Shown here: positions 21,934 to 31,348 of the stretch, in pieces | Position numbering within the stretch: the stretch's first letter is position 1 | Layout: every line of letters starts with the position of its first letter | Assembly: GCA_963719495.1 (NCBI GenBank) | Contig: CAVRCI010000006.1 | Span: 1-64,000, forward strand | Length of the DNA: 64,000 nucleotides | Source of the DNA: an uncultured Verrucomicrobiae bacterium | GTDB lineage: Bacteria > Verrucomicrobiota > Verrucomicrobiia > Chthoniobacterales > JAATET01 | Reading direction: 5' to 3' | Translations under genes and position numbers: made by a program | Notes under the pieces: model-generated | Database searches by the model: none | Seen by the model: only the letters and a program-made list of their open reading frames with translations | What the model was told of the DNA's origin: nothing

Positions 21934-22410
21934 ATGTCGGAAGTATTTTGGTGGGCGGTGACGGTTTTCATGATGGCCATCGGGTTGGTGGGCACCATCG
22001 TGCCGCTGCTCCCGGGATCCATTCTCATCCTCGGAGGTGCGATCATTTGCCACTTCTTCCTCGGCGTGATCGGCTGGCCGACCCTGATCGCCCTCACGGT
22101 GCTGATGCTCCTGGCCCAGGCCCTCGACATCGTCAGCGGATCGCTCGGCGCAAAGTGGTTTGGCGCGACCCGCTGGGGGGCCATCGGCGGGATCCTCGGT
22201 GCCGTCGTCGGGCTGTTCTTCGGCCTGATCGGGATCTTTGTCGAGCCGCTGATCGGAGCGGTGGTCGGCGAGGTCCTCGGCGGCAAAGGGATCCTGCCCG
22301 CCGGCAAATCGGGTTGGGGAACGCTCGTCGGGACGACCGCCGGGATGATCGGAAACTTCCTGATCGGTCTCGTGATGGTCCTTTCGTTTCTGGTCGGAGC
22401 GCTGGTCTGA
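21934..22410 (+). CDS. DUF456-family small membrane protein
   Basis: Glycine-rich TM segments (GGAIICHFFLGVIGWP, GAIGGILGAVVGLFFGLIGIFVEPLIGAVVGE). The start was chosen at MSEVFWW. Confidence 0.55.
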   Translation: MSEVFWWAVTVFMMAIGLVGTIVPLLPGSILILGGAIICHFFLGVIGWPTLIALTVLMLLAQALDIVSGSLGAKWFGATRWGAIGGILGAVVGLFFGLIGIFVEPLIGAVVGEVLGGKGILPAGKSGWGTLVGTTAGMIGNFLIGLVMVLSFLVGALV

Positions 22411-22414
22411 CCCG

Positions 22415-22729
22415 CTACCACGCGGGTGCGCCGATGGCATCGGGGAGCGCCATTTCTTCCTCTTCCTCCGCCTCATTGGTTACCATCGGCGCAAATCGAT
22501 CCGATCGGAACCCCAGCTCCTCCGCGTTGCTCTCGTGCATGTAGGGATCCGGACCGTTGACCAGTTCCTCCAGCAGCACCCGGTAGCTCACGCCGGATTT
22601 CGAACGCCCGATCGAGCACTCCCGCACGGTGTAGACCGTTCCCTCGACCGGAAGCGCTTTGTAGATGTGCTTGTGCAGCGGCTCGAACTTCGCGTCGACG
22701 CAGACGACTTTTTCTCCGGTGTCATACAT
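22415..22729 (-). CDS. Hypothetical small protein, divergent from the nfeD-like gene
   Basis: ~104-aa ORF (MYDTGEKVVCVDAKFEPL...). No recognisable motif. Start uncertain. Confidence 0.3.
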   Translation of the reverse strand: MYDTGEKVVCVDAKFEPLHKHIYKALPVEGTVYTVRECSIGRSKSGVSYRVLLEELVNGPDPYMHESNAEELGFRSDRFAPMVTNEAEEEEEMALPDAIGAPAW

Positions 22730-22860
22730 GGGTCGACCATTCAATCCACCCGCCGACATCACGCAAGCGAGGAAATCCACATTCTCGGAAAGTGCTGAGA
22801 AAAAACCTCGGTTTTTGTAAATGCACAAACCGTCCTCCTCCCTCTAGTCTCCGCCTCGCC

Positions 22861-23511
22861 ATGAACGATCTGATCCACGCCGCACTCTTCCCGGTGAATC
22901 TCCCGTTCACCATCGTCCTCCTTGGACTCGCCGCCTATTGGATCCTCGTTAGCTTCGGCATCTTCGATCTGGACAGCAGCAGCGCCGACGGGGACATCGC
23001 GCTCGTCGACTCCGACGCCGATACCGACATTCACGACGTTCCCTTCAGCGGCTTCCTCCATTTTCTCAACGTCGGCGAAGTCCCGCTCCTCGTCATCGTC
23101 ACCGTCCTCACTCTCTCCATGTGGGTCTGCGGCCTGTTGGCAAATTTTTTCCTCAACCCAGCCGACAGCCTCCTCCTCGGTCTCGTCTACCTGATCCCCA
23201 GCTTCGCCGTCAGCGTGGTGGTCACCCGCTACACCACGATGCCGCTCCGCAGTGTCTTCCGGCTCCTCAACGCCCCCGAGCCCACCGACCGCACCCTGAT
23301 CGGACAGACCTGCATCGTCCGCACCCGCGAAGCCAACGCGACCTACGGCCAGGCCGAAGTCGCCTCCGACGGCGCCCCCCTCACCATTCAGGTCCGCACC
23401 CGCCCCGACGAAACCCTCCCGTCCGGCACCACTGCCCTGATCGTCAGCCAGGACGCCGACACCTCCGCCTACCTCATTCGCCCCGTCACCGCTTCCAATT
23501 TCGACCAATAA
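22861..23511 (+). CDS. NfeD/YqiJ-like membrane protein with C-terminal OB-fold
   Basis: N-terminal TM helices, then a beta-rich C-terminus (GQTCIVRTREANATYGQAEVASDGAPLTIQVRT). It sits directly upstream of the flotillin gene, the classic NfeD-SPFH pairing. Confidence 0.65.
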   Translation: MNDLIHAALFPVNLPFTIVLLGLAAYWILVSFGIFDLDSSSADGDIALVDSDADTDIHDVPFSGFLHFLNVGEVPLLVIVTVLTLSMWVCGLLANFFLNPADSLLLGLVYLIPSFAVSVVVTRYTTMPLRSVFRLLNAPEPTDRTLIGQTCIVRTREANATYGQAEVASDGAPLTIQVRTRPDETLPSGTTALIVSQDADTSAYLIRPVTASNFDQ

Positions 23512-23541
23512 CCAACCACCAAAACCCAACCAACACCACCC

Positions 23542-25545
23542 ATGGATTTCATCACCCCGCTCGCCATCCTCATCGGACTCTTCGTCCTCCTCATCATCTT
23601 CGGCTTCATGGTCATGATCATCCGGTGCTACCGGAAGGTTGACCAAGGCACCGCCCTCGTCCGCAATGGCATGGGCGGCACGAAAGTCTCCTTCTCCGGC
23701 ATTGTCGTCCTCCCGGTCATTCACAAAGCCGAGTTCATGGACATCTCGGTCAAGCGCGTCGAAATCGACCGCCACGGCCAGTTCGGATTGATCTGCAAAG
23801 ACAACATGCGCGCCGACATCAAGGTCGCCTTCTTCGTTCGCGTGAATCAGACCTCCCAGGACGTCCTCAAGGTCGCCCAATCCATCGGCTGCGTCCGCGC
23901 CTCCAGTCAGGAAGCCATGGTCGAACTCTTCGACGCGAAATTCTCCGAAGCCCTCAAAACCGTCGGCCGCCAATTCGATTTCGTCGAACTCTACAACTCC
24001 CGCGAACTCCTCAAGGACGACATCATCAAACTCATCGGCACCGACCTCAACGGCTTCGTCCTGGAAGACGTCGCCATCGATTACCTCGAGCAGACCCCGC
24101 TCAACCTCCTCAACGCCGACAACATCCTCGACTCCGAGGGCATCAAAAAAATCACCGAGCTCACCGCCGCGCAGAAAGTCCTCGCCAATAACATCGACCG
24201 CGAGCGTGAGAAAACCATCAAGCAACAGGACGTCGAAGCCCGCGAAGCCATTCTCGAACTCGAGCGTCAGCAAAAAGAAGCCGAGGAAAAACAGGCCCGC
24301 GAGATCGCCATCGTCACCGCCCGCGAGCAGGCCGAGTCCAAGAAAGTCCAGGCCGAGCAACTCCTCCGCTCCGAGCAGGCCCGCATCGCCGCCGAGGAAG
24401 AGATCGCCATCGCCGAGGAAAACAAGGCCCGCCAGGTCATCGTCGCCGCCCGCAACAAAGAGCGCACCGACGCCGTCGAGACCGAGCGCGTCGAGCGCGA
24501 CCGCATGGTCGAGCGCACCGAGCGCGAGCGCATCGTCGAACTCGCCGTCATCGAGAAAAACAAAGCCGTCGAGGCCGAACAAAAAGTCATCCAGGACGTC
24601 ATTCGCGAACGCCTCGTCGTCGAAAAAGCCGCCGTCGAAGAGCAGGAACGAATCAACGACACCCAGGCCTTCGCCGCCGCCGAGCGTCAGAAAAAGGTCC
24701 AGATCACCGAAGCCGAGATGCAGGCCGAGCAGTCACTGGTGAAAGACATCAAAGCCGCCGAAGCCTCCAAGAAAGCCGCCGAACTCCGCGCCCAGGAGGA
24801 CCTCTTCGCCAAGGTCACCAACGCCGAAGCCGAAAAGGAGTCCGCCGAGCTCCACGCCGAGGAAATCCTCATCGCCGCCGAAGCGCAACAAGCCGCCGCG
24901 ACCAAGCAAGCCCAGGCCCGCCGCACGCTCGCCGAAGCCACCAGCGCCGAAGAGGCCGCCCTCGGGCTGGCCGAGGCTCAGGTCATGGAGGCCAAAGCCG
25001 CCGCCGCCGAGAAGCAATACGCCGCCGAGGCCAAGGGTATCGCCGATAAGGCCGAGAGCATGAAAATGCTCGACGGCGTCGGCAAGGAGCACGAGGAGTT
25101 CAAGCTCCGCCTCGAGAAGGACAAGGAAGTCGAACTCGCGCACATCCACGTCCGCAAGGACATCGCCGAGCAGCAGGCCAACGTCCTCGGCGAGGCGCTC
25201 AAATACGCGAAGATCGACATCGTCGGCGGCGAGGCGCAGTTCTTCGATCGCATCACCAATGCGATCACCAACGGCAAGGCCATCGACCGCCTCGTCGACA
25301 ACAGCCGCACTCTCACCGACGTGAAGGACACCTTCTTCACCGGCGACGCCGACGATTTCCGCGAGCATCTGGACGACCTGATCAAAAAATTTGGGATCAA
25401 AACCGAAGACCTCAAAAACCTCACCATCGCCGCCGCCCTCGGCAAGCTCATCGCCCAAACCGACGACCTGGAGAAGCGCACCTTCCTCGGCAACCTCCTC
25501 CACCAGGCCAAAACCCTCGGCGTAGAGGGCGACCGCATGAACTAA
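23542..25545 (+). CDS. Flotillin-like SPFH/Band-7 protein (YqiK/FloT family)
   Basis: 667 aa with N-terminal TM and SPFH domain (YRKVDQGTALVRNGMGGTKVSFSGIVVLPVIHKAEFMDISVKRVEI), then a long EA-rich coiled coil and a conserved flotillin C-terminus. Confidence 0.85.
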   Translation: MDFITPLAILIGLFVLLIIFGFMVMIIRCYRKVDQGTALVRNGMGGTKVSFSGIVVLPVIHKAEFMDISVKRVEIDRHGQFGLICKDNMRADIKVAFFVRVNQTSQDVLKVAQSIGCVRASSQEAMVELFDAKFSEALKTVGRQFDFVELYNSRELLKDDIIKLIGTDLNGFVLEDVAIDYLEQTPLNLLNADNILDSEGIKKITELTAAQKVLANNIDREREKTIKQQDVEAREAILELERQQKEAEEKQAREIAIVTAREQAESKKVQAEQLLRSEQARIAAEEEIAIAEENKARQVIVAARNKERTDAVETERVERDRMVERTERERIVELAVIEKNKAVEAEQKVIQDVIRERLVVEKAAVEEQERINDTQAFAAAERQKKVQITEAEMQAEQSLVKDIKAAEASKKAAELRAQEDLFAKVTNAEAEKESAELHAEEILIAAEAQQAAATKQAQARRTLAEATSAEEAALGLAEAQVMEAKAAAAEKQYAAEAKGIADKAESMKMLDGVGKEHEEFKLRLEKDKEVELAHIHVRKDIAEQQANVLGEALKYAKIDIVGGEAQFFDRITNAITNGKAIDRLVDNSRTLTDVKDTFFTGDADDFREHLDDLIKKFGIKTEDLKNLTIAAALGKLIAQTDDLEKRTFLGNLLHQAKTLGVEGDRMN

Positions 25546-25572
25546 GGAGTGGCGACATCTTGTCGCCAACAA
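25546..25572. repeat. 27-bp palindrome-containing direct repeat, left copy (GGAGTGGCGACATCTTGTCGCCAACAA)
   Basis: 7-bp stem GGCGACA / TGTCGCC with 3-nt loop, immediately after the flotillin stop. A near-identical copy lies at 26319-26345 after vapC. Confidence 0.6.
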
Positions 25573-25590
25573 GGAGCTTTACGCGCGTTT

Positions 25591-25618
25591 TTGACATCAA
25601 ACCTCCATCGCTATAAAT
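25591..25618 (+). promoter_or_regulatory. Sigma70-like promoter for the vapBC cassette
   Basis: TTGACA at ~25591-25596, 15-16 nt spacer, then TATAAAT at ~25612-25618, about 10 nt upstream of the vapB ATG. Confidence 0.4.
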
Positions 25619-25626
25619 TCTCCATC

Positions 25627-25869
25627 ATGACGAAAACCCAAATTCAACTCCCCGAAGACCTCTACAACCGGGTGAAAGACTTCGCCCGCGAGCGCGAATG
25701 GTCCCTCGCCGAAACCTTCCGCCGTGGTGTCGAAGAACTCCTTCGACACTACCCCGCCAAGCCGCACGGCGGCACGCGATTGGCATCCGCCAAAAGGACA
25801 AAATCTTGGATGCAAGCCGATGTCCGAAGCCGAGCTGAAGCGCCACGCGCAGGAGGATTTCGACTGACC
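25627..25869 (+). CDS. vapB: VapB-like ribbon-helix-helix antitoxin, C-terminus uncertain
   Basis: MTKTQIQLPEDLYNRVKDFAREREWSLAETFRRGVEELL is a typical RHH/CopG antitoxin N-terminus. An alternative frame ends ...MSEAELKRHAQEDFD* five nt before vapC, so a frameshift in the 3' part is possible. Confidence 0.5.
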
Positions 25870-25873
25870 GCTC

Positions 25874-26314
25874 ATGCTCGCCATCGACACAAACATTCTT
25901 TTTCACAGTTACAACGACGACTCTCACATTCACCAGACAGCCTACGAATGGGTGGACGGCATCGGCGGACGGGAGGACATCGTCATCTCCGAATTTGTTC
26001 TCGTCGAACTCTATCGACTCATCCGCAATCCGACGGTCATGGACAAACCGCTCTCACCGTCAGCCGCAGTCGCCGTGATCGCTTCCTACCGCTCCCACCC
26101 TCGCTGGCGCATCGCGGGATTTCCCACCCAATCCCGCGAACTCCACGACGAGCTCTACACCCGCATGGCGAAACCCACCATCGCCTACCGCCGCATCTAC
26201 GACACCCGTCTCGCGCTCAGCCTCCTAGCCGCTGGCGTCACCGAAATCGCCACGACCAACGTGAAAGACTTCAAGGACTTCGGATTCACCAAAGTCTGGA
26301 ACCCGCTCAAATAG
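25874..26314 (+). CDS. vapC: PIN-domain toxin VapC
   Basis: 146 aa. MLAIDTNILF has the first PIN acidic residue and EFVLVELYRL the second. TTNVKDFKDF has the C-terminal acidic residue. Confidence 0.8.
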   Translation: MLAIDTNILFHSYNDDSHIHQTAYEWVDGIGGREDIVISEFVLVELYRLIRNPTVMDKPLSPSAAVAVIASYRSHPRWRIAGFPTQSRELHDELYTRMAKPTIAYRRIYDTRLALSLLAAGVTEIATTNVKDFKDFGFTKVWNPLK

Positions 26315-26318
26315 CCCC

Positions 26319-26345
26319 GGAGTGGCGACATCCTGTCGCCAACAA
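26319..26345. repeat. 27-bp palindrome-containing direct repeat, right copy (GGAGTGGCGACATCCTGTCGCCAACAA)
   Basis: Matches 25546-25572 at 26 of 27 nt. It lies between the vapC stop and the start of the giant ATPase gene. Confidence 0.6.
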
Positions 26346-26377
26346 CCAAAGGCACAGCCTGAAATCACCTCACGAAA

Positions 26378-29300
26378 ATGCCGGACCCCACTCCCACCCC
26401 ACCAGAGGCCACCACCCTCGAATCCGGCACCTACGAGATCCTCCGCCAACGTCTCACCGACCACGGCACGGACCTCCGCACCCGGCTCGAGTCGCTCAAT
26501 ACCGCCCGCCACGAGGTCTTCGGGTCCATCGAGACCGCCCTCGTCGCCACCGACCGGATCACCACCGAAAACAACTGCCTCCCCCGCGACCTCGTTGCCA
26601 TCGGTGCCAACCGCTTCCTCTTCGGTTACAACGTCAAACTCGGCCTCCGCACCGAGACCAAGCTCGCCGACGTGTTCTCCGCCTACGAGTGGAGCGACCG
26701 CGCCTTCCACCCCGTCGCGCTCGATTTCCTCGAGACTTCCGAATTCCTCACCGACTTCCGCAGCCTCTTTAAATACTACCGCGAGACCGTCTTCGCGAAG
26801 TTCGGCTTCATCGGGCCGCACCTCTTCATGGTCTTCCGCGTCGGTCAGCGCACCGAGGACATCAAGACCTTCAAATGGGCGCTCGACCACGGCAAATTCA
26901 CCTACCTCGGCAACCGCAGCGACCACGAATTCGTCTTCCCACCCCAGCACGAATTCACCTGGACCCGGACGCACCGCGACGCCCACCGGTCGGGCAGCCA
27001 CCCCCACATCTCCGTCGACGATCGTCTCTTCGTCGAGTGCACCGGCGGCGACCTCACCATCAAGATCGAGGACAACACCACCACCGGCACCGGCATCCAC
27101 AGCGAGCCCGTCGAGCAGGCCGACCAGACCCTCGACGACGCCGAGATCTTCTACGCCACCCTCGGCAACCTGATTCTCCTCAAAATTCGTCCCTACCAGG
27201 AAAAGGCCCACCGCTACTTCGTCTTCAACGACAAACTCGATCAAGTCCACCGCATCGACGCCATCGAAGAAAGCTGCGTCCTCCTGCCCGACGACCACGG
27301 CATCATCTTCTCCCGCGGCTACTACCTCCGCAATGGCGAGCTCCGCCTCTTCGACGGCAACGACACCGACATGCTCTTCGAACGCCGGATCCAATCGCCC
27401 AACCGCGAGGATTTTCTCTACGTTTTCTACAACCGCCAGCGCGGCGACTACATCCTGATGGCCTACAACGTCATCTCCCAGCGCGTGGAAACCCCCATCC
27501 ACTGCAACGGCTTCTCAACCTTCGAAAACGGCGAGCTCGCCCTCTTCCGCACCGACCCCGAGCCGCAAAAACACCACGCCGTCCAGATCTGGCAAACCCC
27601 CTTCACCGGTCCCGCCTTCGAGACCGCCACCCAGACCGACAGCTACCTCTACAAAATCGGCAACGCCGCCCTCGTCCGCACGATGGCCGAGTGCCAGGAA
27701 ATCCTCGCCCTGCTCGAACGCGACGATTCCTACGCCGGTCTCTACCACGACCTGCAGAAGCGTTCCGGCGACCTCCTCGACGCCACGTTCTGGCTCGACC
27801 GCGAAGAAACCCATCATCTCGACAAGCCCCTCGCCGCCCTCCGGGACGCCGCCGCCCGGACCGTCGACGAATACGAAAAAGTCCGCGACCTCCGCCGCCA
27901 CGCCACCGCCGAGATCGAGCGCGTCGGCACCACCGCCCGCTCGCTCCTCGACGAACTCCTCCCCGGCGAACTCGACACCATCGACGCCTACGTCGCGGCC
28001 CTGACCCAACTCCGCACCACCCGCGGCGAGCTGATTACGCTGCGCGATCTCCGCTACGCCGACCTCCCCGCCATCGACGAGCTGGAACGGGCGGTCACCG
28101 AAAAATCCGAAACCCTCTCCGCCGACTGCGTCCAATTTCTCCTCACCGACACCGCCCTCGAACCCTACCGTCAGCGCACCACCGAGCTCGAAAGCGCCTC
28201 CGCCGAGATCACCAAGGTCGTCGAAGGCCGCGAGCTCGAGCAACGCATCGAGCAGGGCGGCACCGAACTCGAACTCCTCATCGAGATCGTCAGCAATCTC
28301 GACATCGCCGACGCCACCGAGACCACCCGCATCGTCGAGAGCATCTCCGCCATCTACGCGAGCCTCAACCAGACCCTCGCCCGCCTCCGGCAACGCATTC
28401 GCGAACTCCAGACCACCGAAGGCGCCGCCCAGTTCGCCGCCCAGCTCCGCCTTGTTAGCCAAGCTGTGGCGAACTCTCTCGAGCGCTGCGACACCCCCGC
28501 GAAGTGCGACGAATTCCTCGGCCGCCTCATGGTTCAGGTCGAAGAACTCGAAAGCCGCTTCGCCGGATTCGACGACTACCTCATCGACCTCGCCGAGAAA
28601 CGGACCGAAATCCAATCCGCCTTCGAGAGCAAGAAGCTCGCCCTCATCGACGCCCGCAACCGCCGCGCCACCGCTCTCCAATCCGTCGCCGACCGGCTCC
28701 TCAAGAGCATCGCCCACCGCGTCGGCACCCTCGATGACGTCTCCGCCATCAACGCCTTCTACGCCAGCGACCAGATGGTCGACCGCCTCCGCGACGTCGT
28801 CACCCAGCTCCTCGACCTCGGCGACCCCGTCAAATCCGACGATCTCCAGGGCCGTCTCAAGACAATCCGCGAAGACGCCGTCCGCCAACTTCGCGACCGC
28901 AAGGAACTCTTCGTCGGCGGCGGCGACGTGATCGCTTTCGGCGAGCACCACTTCAACGTCAACGTCCAACCCGTCGAGCTGACCGTCCTCCAGCGCGACG
29001 ACCACCTCGCCCTCCACCTCACCGGCACCCGACTCTTCGAAACCGTCGAAGACGAGGAGATCAATCAACTCCAACCCGTCTGGTCGCTCGAAGTGGTCTC
29101 CGAGAGCCCGAGCGTCTATCGCGCCGAATACCTCGCCCACCAGGCGCTCGGTGAGTTGGACGACGTCACCGCCGAGGCCGTCGCCGCCTTCATGGCTCCA
29201 CGCTACGCCGAGGGTTACGTCAAAGGCGTCCACGACCACGATGCCACCCTCATCCTCACCGCGCTGGCCGGGATTCACCACTCCATCGGTACCCTCCGCA

Positions 29301-31348
29301 CCCACCCCGAGGCCCGCGCCCTTGCCGTGACCGCCTGGGAACTCCACCCCGACGAGGACCTCCGGAATCAACTCGCCAGCTTCGGTGCCGCCCGCACTCT
29401 CTTCCCGATCGTGGACGCCCAGCCCGGCTACCTCGCCCGGCTGGAGTCGATTTGCCGCAAGGTCGATTTCTTTCCAGCCGCCCGCGTCCCCGAAGCCGCC
29501 GCCTACCTCTTCGACGTCCTCACCGCAGACGGGGCCTTCGCCTTCAGCCACGACGCCTACTCCGCCTACGACGCCTTCGGCAAATCGCTCGCCGAACAGC
29601 ACGCCGCCGACCGATTTGCCGCGCTCCGCGAACCGCTCCGCGACGACTTCGTCCGCCACTTCGAACTCCTACGCGATTGGGTCGGCGGCTTCCTTGCCGC
29701 CACCGATCCCGCCCGCGCGCGCTACCGCGACGAAGTCGTCCTCCTCCTTCTCCGCGACCTCCACAACCGCAAGGACGTCCAACCCATCTCGCTCCAGACC
29801 GAGATAAAAGGCCTCCTCGGCCAGCACCCGCGCGTCGACGGTGGCACCCTCACGCTCGACTACCTCGATTTCACCGACCGCCTCCGCCGTCACCAGACGG
29901 AGACCGCCCCCGCCTTCACCGAATTCCAAGCCGCCAAACGCCGCCTCGTCGAGACCGCCCAGCGCCGCCTCCGCACCGAAGAATTCAAACCCCGCGTCCT
30001 TTCGTCCTTTGTCCGCAACCAACTCGTCGACAAAGTCTTTCTCCCGCTCATCGGTGCGAATCTCGCCAAGCAAATGGGCACCGCCGGCGAGAACACCCGC
30101 ACCGACCGCATGGGGTTGCTTCTCCTCATCTCCCCGCCCGGCTACGGCAAGACCACGCTCATGGAATACGTCGCCGACCGCCTCGGCGTCGTCTTCATGA
30201 AGATCAACGGCCCCTCACTCGGCCACGAAGTCACCAACCTCGACCCCGAACAAGCCCCGAACTCCGCCGCCCGCGAGGAGCTCAAAAAACTCAATCTCGC
30301 CTTCGAGATGGGCGACAACGTCATGATCTATCTGGACGACATCCAGCACTGCGCGCCCGAGTTGCTGCAGAAATTCATCTCCCTCTGCGACGGCCAACGC
30401 CGCATCGAAGGCGTCCACAACGGCGTCGCCCGCACCTATGACCTGCGCGGGCGCAAGGTCGCCGTCGTCATGGCCGGCAACCCCTACACCGAGAGCGGCG
30501 AGAAATTCCGCATCCCCGACATGCTTTCCAACCGCGCCGACACCTACAACCTCGGCGACCTCGCCACCGGCGCGCACCTCGACGCCTTCAAGCTCAGCTA
30601 CCTCGAGAACGCGCTGACCTCCAATCCGATCCTCAACGGCCTCGCCACCAAGAGCCGTCCCGACATCCTCGGCGTCATCAAAATCGCGCAGACCGGAGCC
30701 ACCGACACCGTCGCGCTCGAGGCCAGCTACTCTCCCCGCGAACTGGAAGACCTCGTGGCCGTGATGAAAAAGCTCATCCGCATTCGCGACGTCATCCTCA
30801 CCGTCAACAGCGCCTACATCGCCTCCGCCGGCCAGGCCGACGCCTACCGCACCGAGCCGCCATTTTTGCTTCAGGGTTCCTATCGCAACATGAACCGCCT
30901 CGCGGAAAAGATCGTCCCCGTGATGAACGATGCCGAGCTGGAAGCGCTCATCGCGGACCACTACCGCAACGAAGCCCAGACGCTGACGACTGGCGCCGAG
31001 GCCAACCTCCTCAAGCTCCGCGAACTCCTCGGCAAATTGACGCCCGAGGAAAAGACGCGCTGGGAGGAGATTAAGAAAACGTTCACCCGCAACCTGCTGG
31101 TCGCGGGCGGCGACGACAACGACCCCGTCTCCCAGGTCGTCCGCCAGCTCTCCAGCATCCAGGCGACCATCCAGGCCGCCGCCGACAAACCCGCGCCAGC
31201 GTCCGCATCGCCAGGTCTCGGCAGCGCCACCGGAAAACGAGTCGCCATCAACCCCGACACCCTCCGCAAAATCTGGGACTTGATCGAAAACCAGGACGCG
31301 ACCGACGCCCCGGAGACCGACACCATCATCGAAGTCCCCGAGCGCTGA
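26378..31348 (+). CDS. Giant (1656 aa) uncharacterised protein with C-terminal MoxR/McrB/dynein-like AAA+ ATPase domain
   Basis: Single uninterrupted ORF. Walker A LLISPPGYGKTTLMEYVADRLG (~aa 1225), Walker B VMIYLDDIQH and sensor region VAVVMAGNPYTESGEKFRIPDMLSNRADTY. There is a beta-rich N-terminal ~430 aa and a long helical middle region. It lies downstream of the nfeD-like and flotillin genes on the same strand. Confidence 0.7.
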   Translation: MPDPTPTPPEATTLESGTYEILRQRLTDHGTDLRTRLESLNTARHEVFGSIETALVATDRITTENNCLPRDLVAIGANRFLFGYNVKLGLRTETKLADVFSAYEWSDRAFHPVALDFLETSEFLTDFRSLFKYYRETVFAKFGFIGPHLFMVFRVGQRTEDIKTFKWALDHGKFTYLGNRSDHEFVFPPQHEFTWTRTHRDAHRSGSHPHISVDDRLFVECTGGDLTIKIEDNTTTGTGIHSEPVEQADQTLDDAEIFYATLGNLILLKIRPYQEKAHRYFVFNDKLDQVHRIDAIEESCVLLPDDHGIIFSRGYYLRNGELRLFDGNDTDMLFERRIQSPNREDFLYVFYNRQRGDYILMAYNVISQRVETPIHCNGFSTFENGELALFRTDPEPQKHHAVQIWQTPFTGPAFETATQTDSYLYKIGNAALVRTMAECQEILALLERDDSYAGLYHDLQKRSGDLLDATFWLDREETHHLDKPLAALRDAAARTVDEYEKVRDLRRHATAEIERVGTTARSLLDELLPGELDTIDAYVAALTQLRTTRGELITLRDLRYADLPAIDELERAVTEKSETLSADCVQFLLTDTALEPYRQRTTELESASAEITKVVEGRELEQRIEQGGTELELLIEIVSNLDIADATETTRIVESISAIYASLNQTLARLRQRIRELQTTEGAAQFAAQLRLVSQAVANSLERCDTPAKCDEFLGRLMVQVEELESRFAGFDDYLIDLAEKRTEIQSAFESKKLALIDARNRRATALQSVADRLLKSIAHRVGTLDDVSAINAFYASDQMVDRLRDVVTQLLDLGDPVKSDDLQGRLKTIREDAVRQLRDRKELFVGGGDVIAFGEHHFNVNVQPVELTVLQRDDHLALHLTGTRLFETVEDEEINQLQPVWSLEVVSESPSVYRAEYLAHQALGELDDVTAEAVAAFMAPRYAEGYVKGVHDHDATLILTALAGIHHSIGTLRTHPEARALAVTAWELHPDEDLRNQLASFGAARTLFPIVDAQPGYLARLESICRKVDFFPAARVPEAAAYLFDVLTADGAFAFSHDAYSAYDAFGKSLAEQHAADRFAALREPLRDDFVRHFELLRDWVGGFLAATDPARARYRDEVVLLLLRDLHNRKDVQPISLQTEIKGLLGQHPRVDGGTLTLDYLDFTDRLRRHQTETAPAFTEFQAAKRRLVETAQRRLRTEEFKPRVLSSFVRNQLVDKVFLPLIGANLAKQMGTAGENTRTDRMGLLLLISPPGYGKTTLMEYVADRLGVVFMKINGPSLGHEVTNLDPEQAPNSAAREELKKLNLAFEMGDNVMIYLDDIQHCAPELLQKFISLCDGQRRIEGVHNGVARTYDLRGRKVAVVMAGNPYTESGEKFRIPDMLSNRADTYNLGDLATGAHLDAFKLSYLENALTSNPILNGLATKSRPDILGVIKIAQTGATDTVALEASYSPRELEDLVAVMKKLIRIRDVILTVNSAYIASAGQADAYRTEPPFLLQGSYRNMNRLAEKIVPVMNDAELEALIADHYRNEAQTLTTGAEANLLKLRELLGKLTPEEKTRWEEIKKTFTRNLLVAGGDDNDPVSQVVRQLSSIQATIQAAADKPAPASASPGLGSATGKRVAINPDTLRKIWDLIENQDATDAPETDTIIEVPER

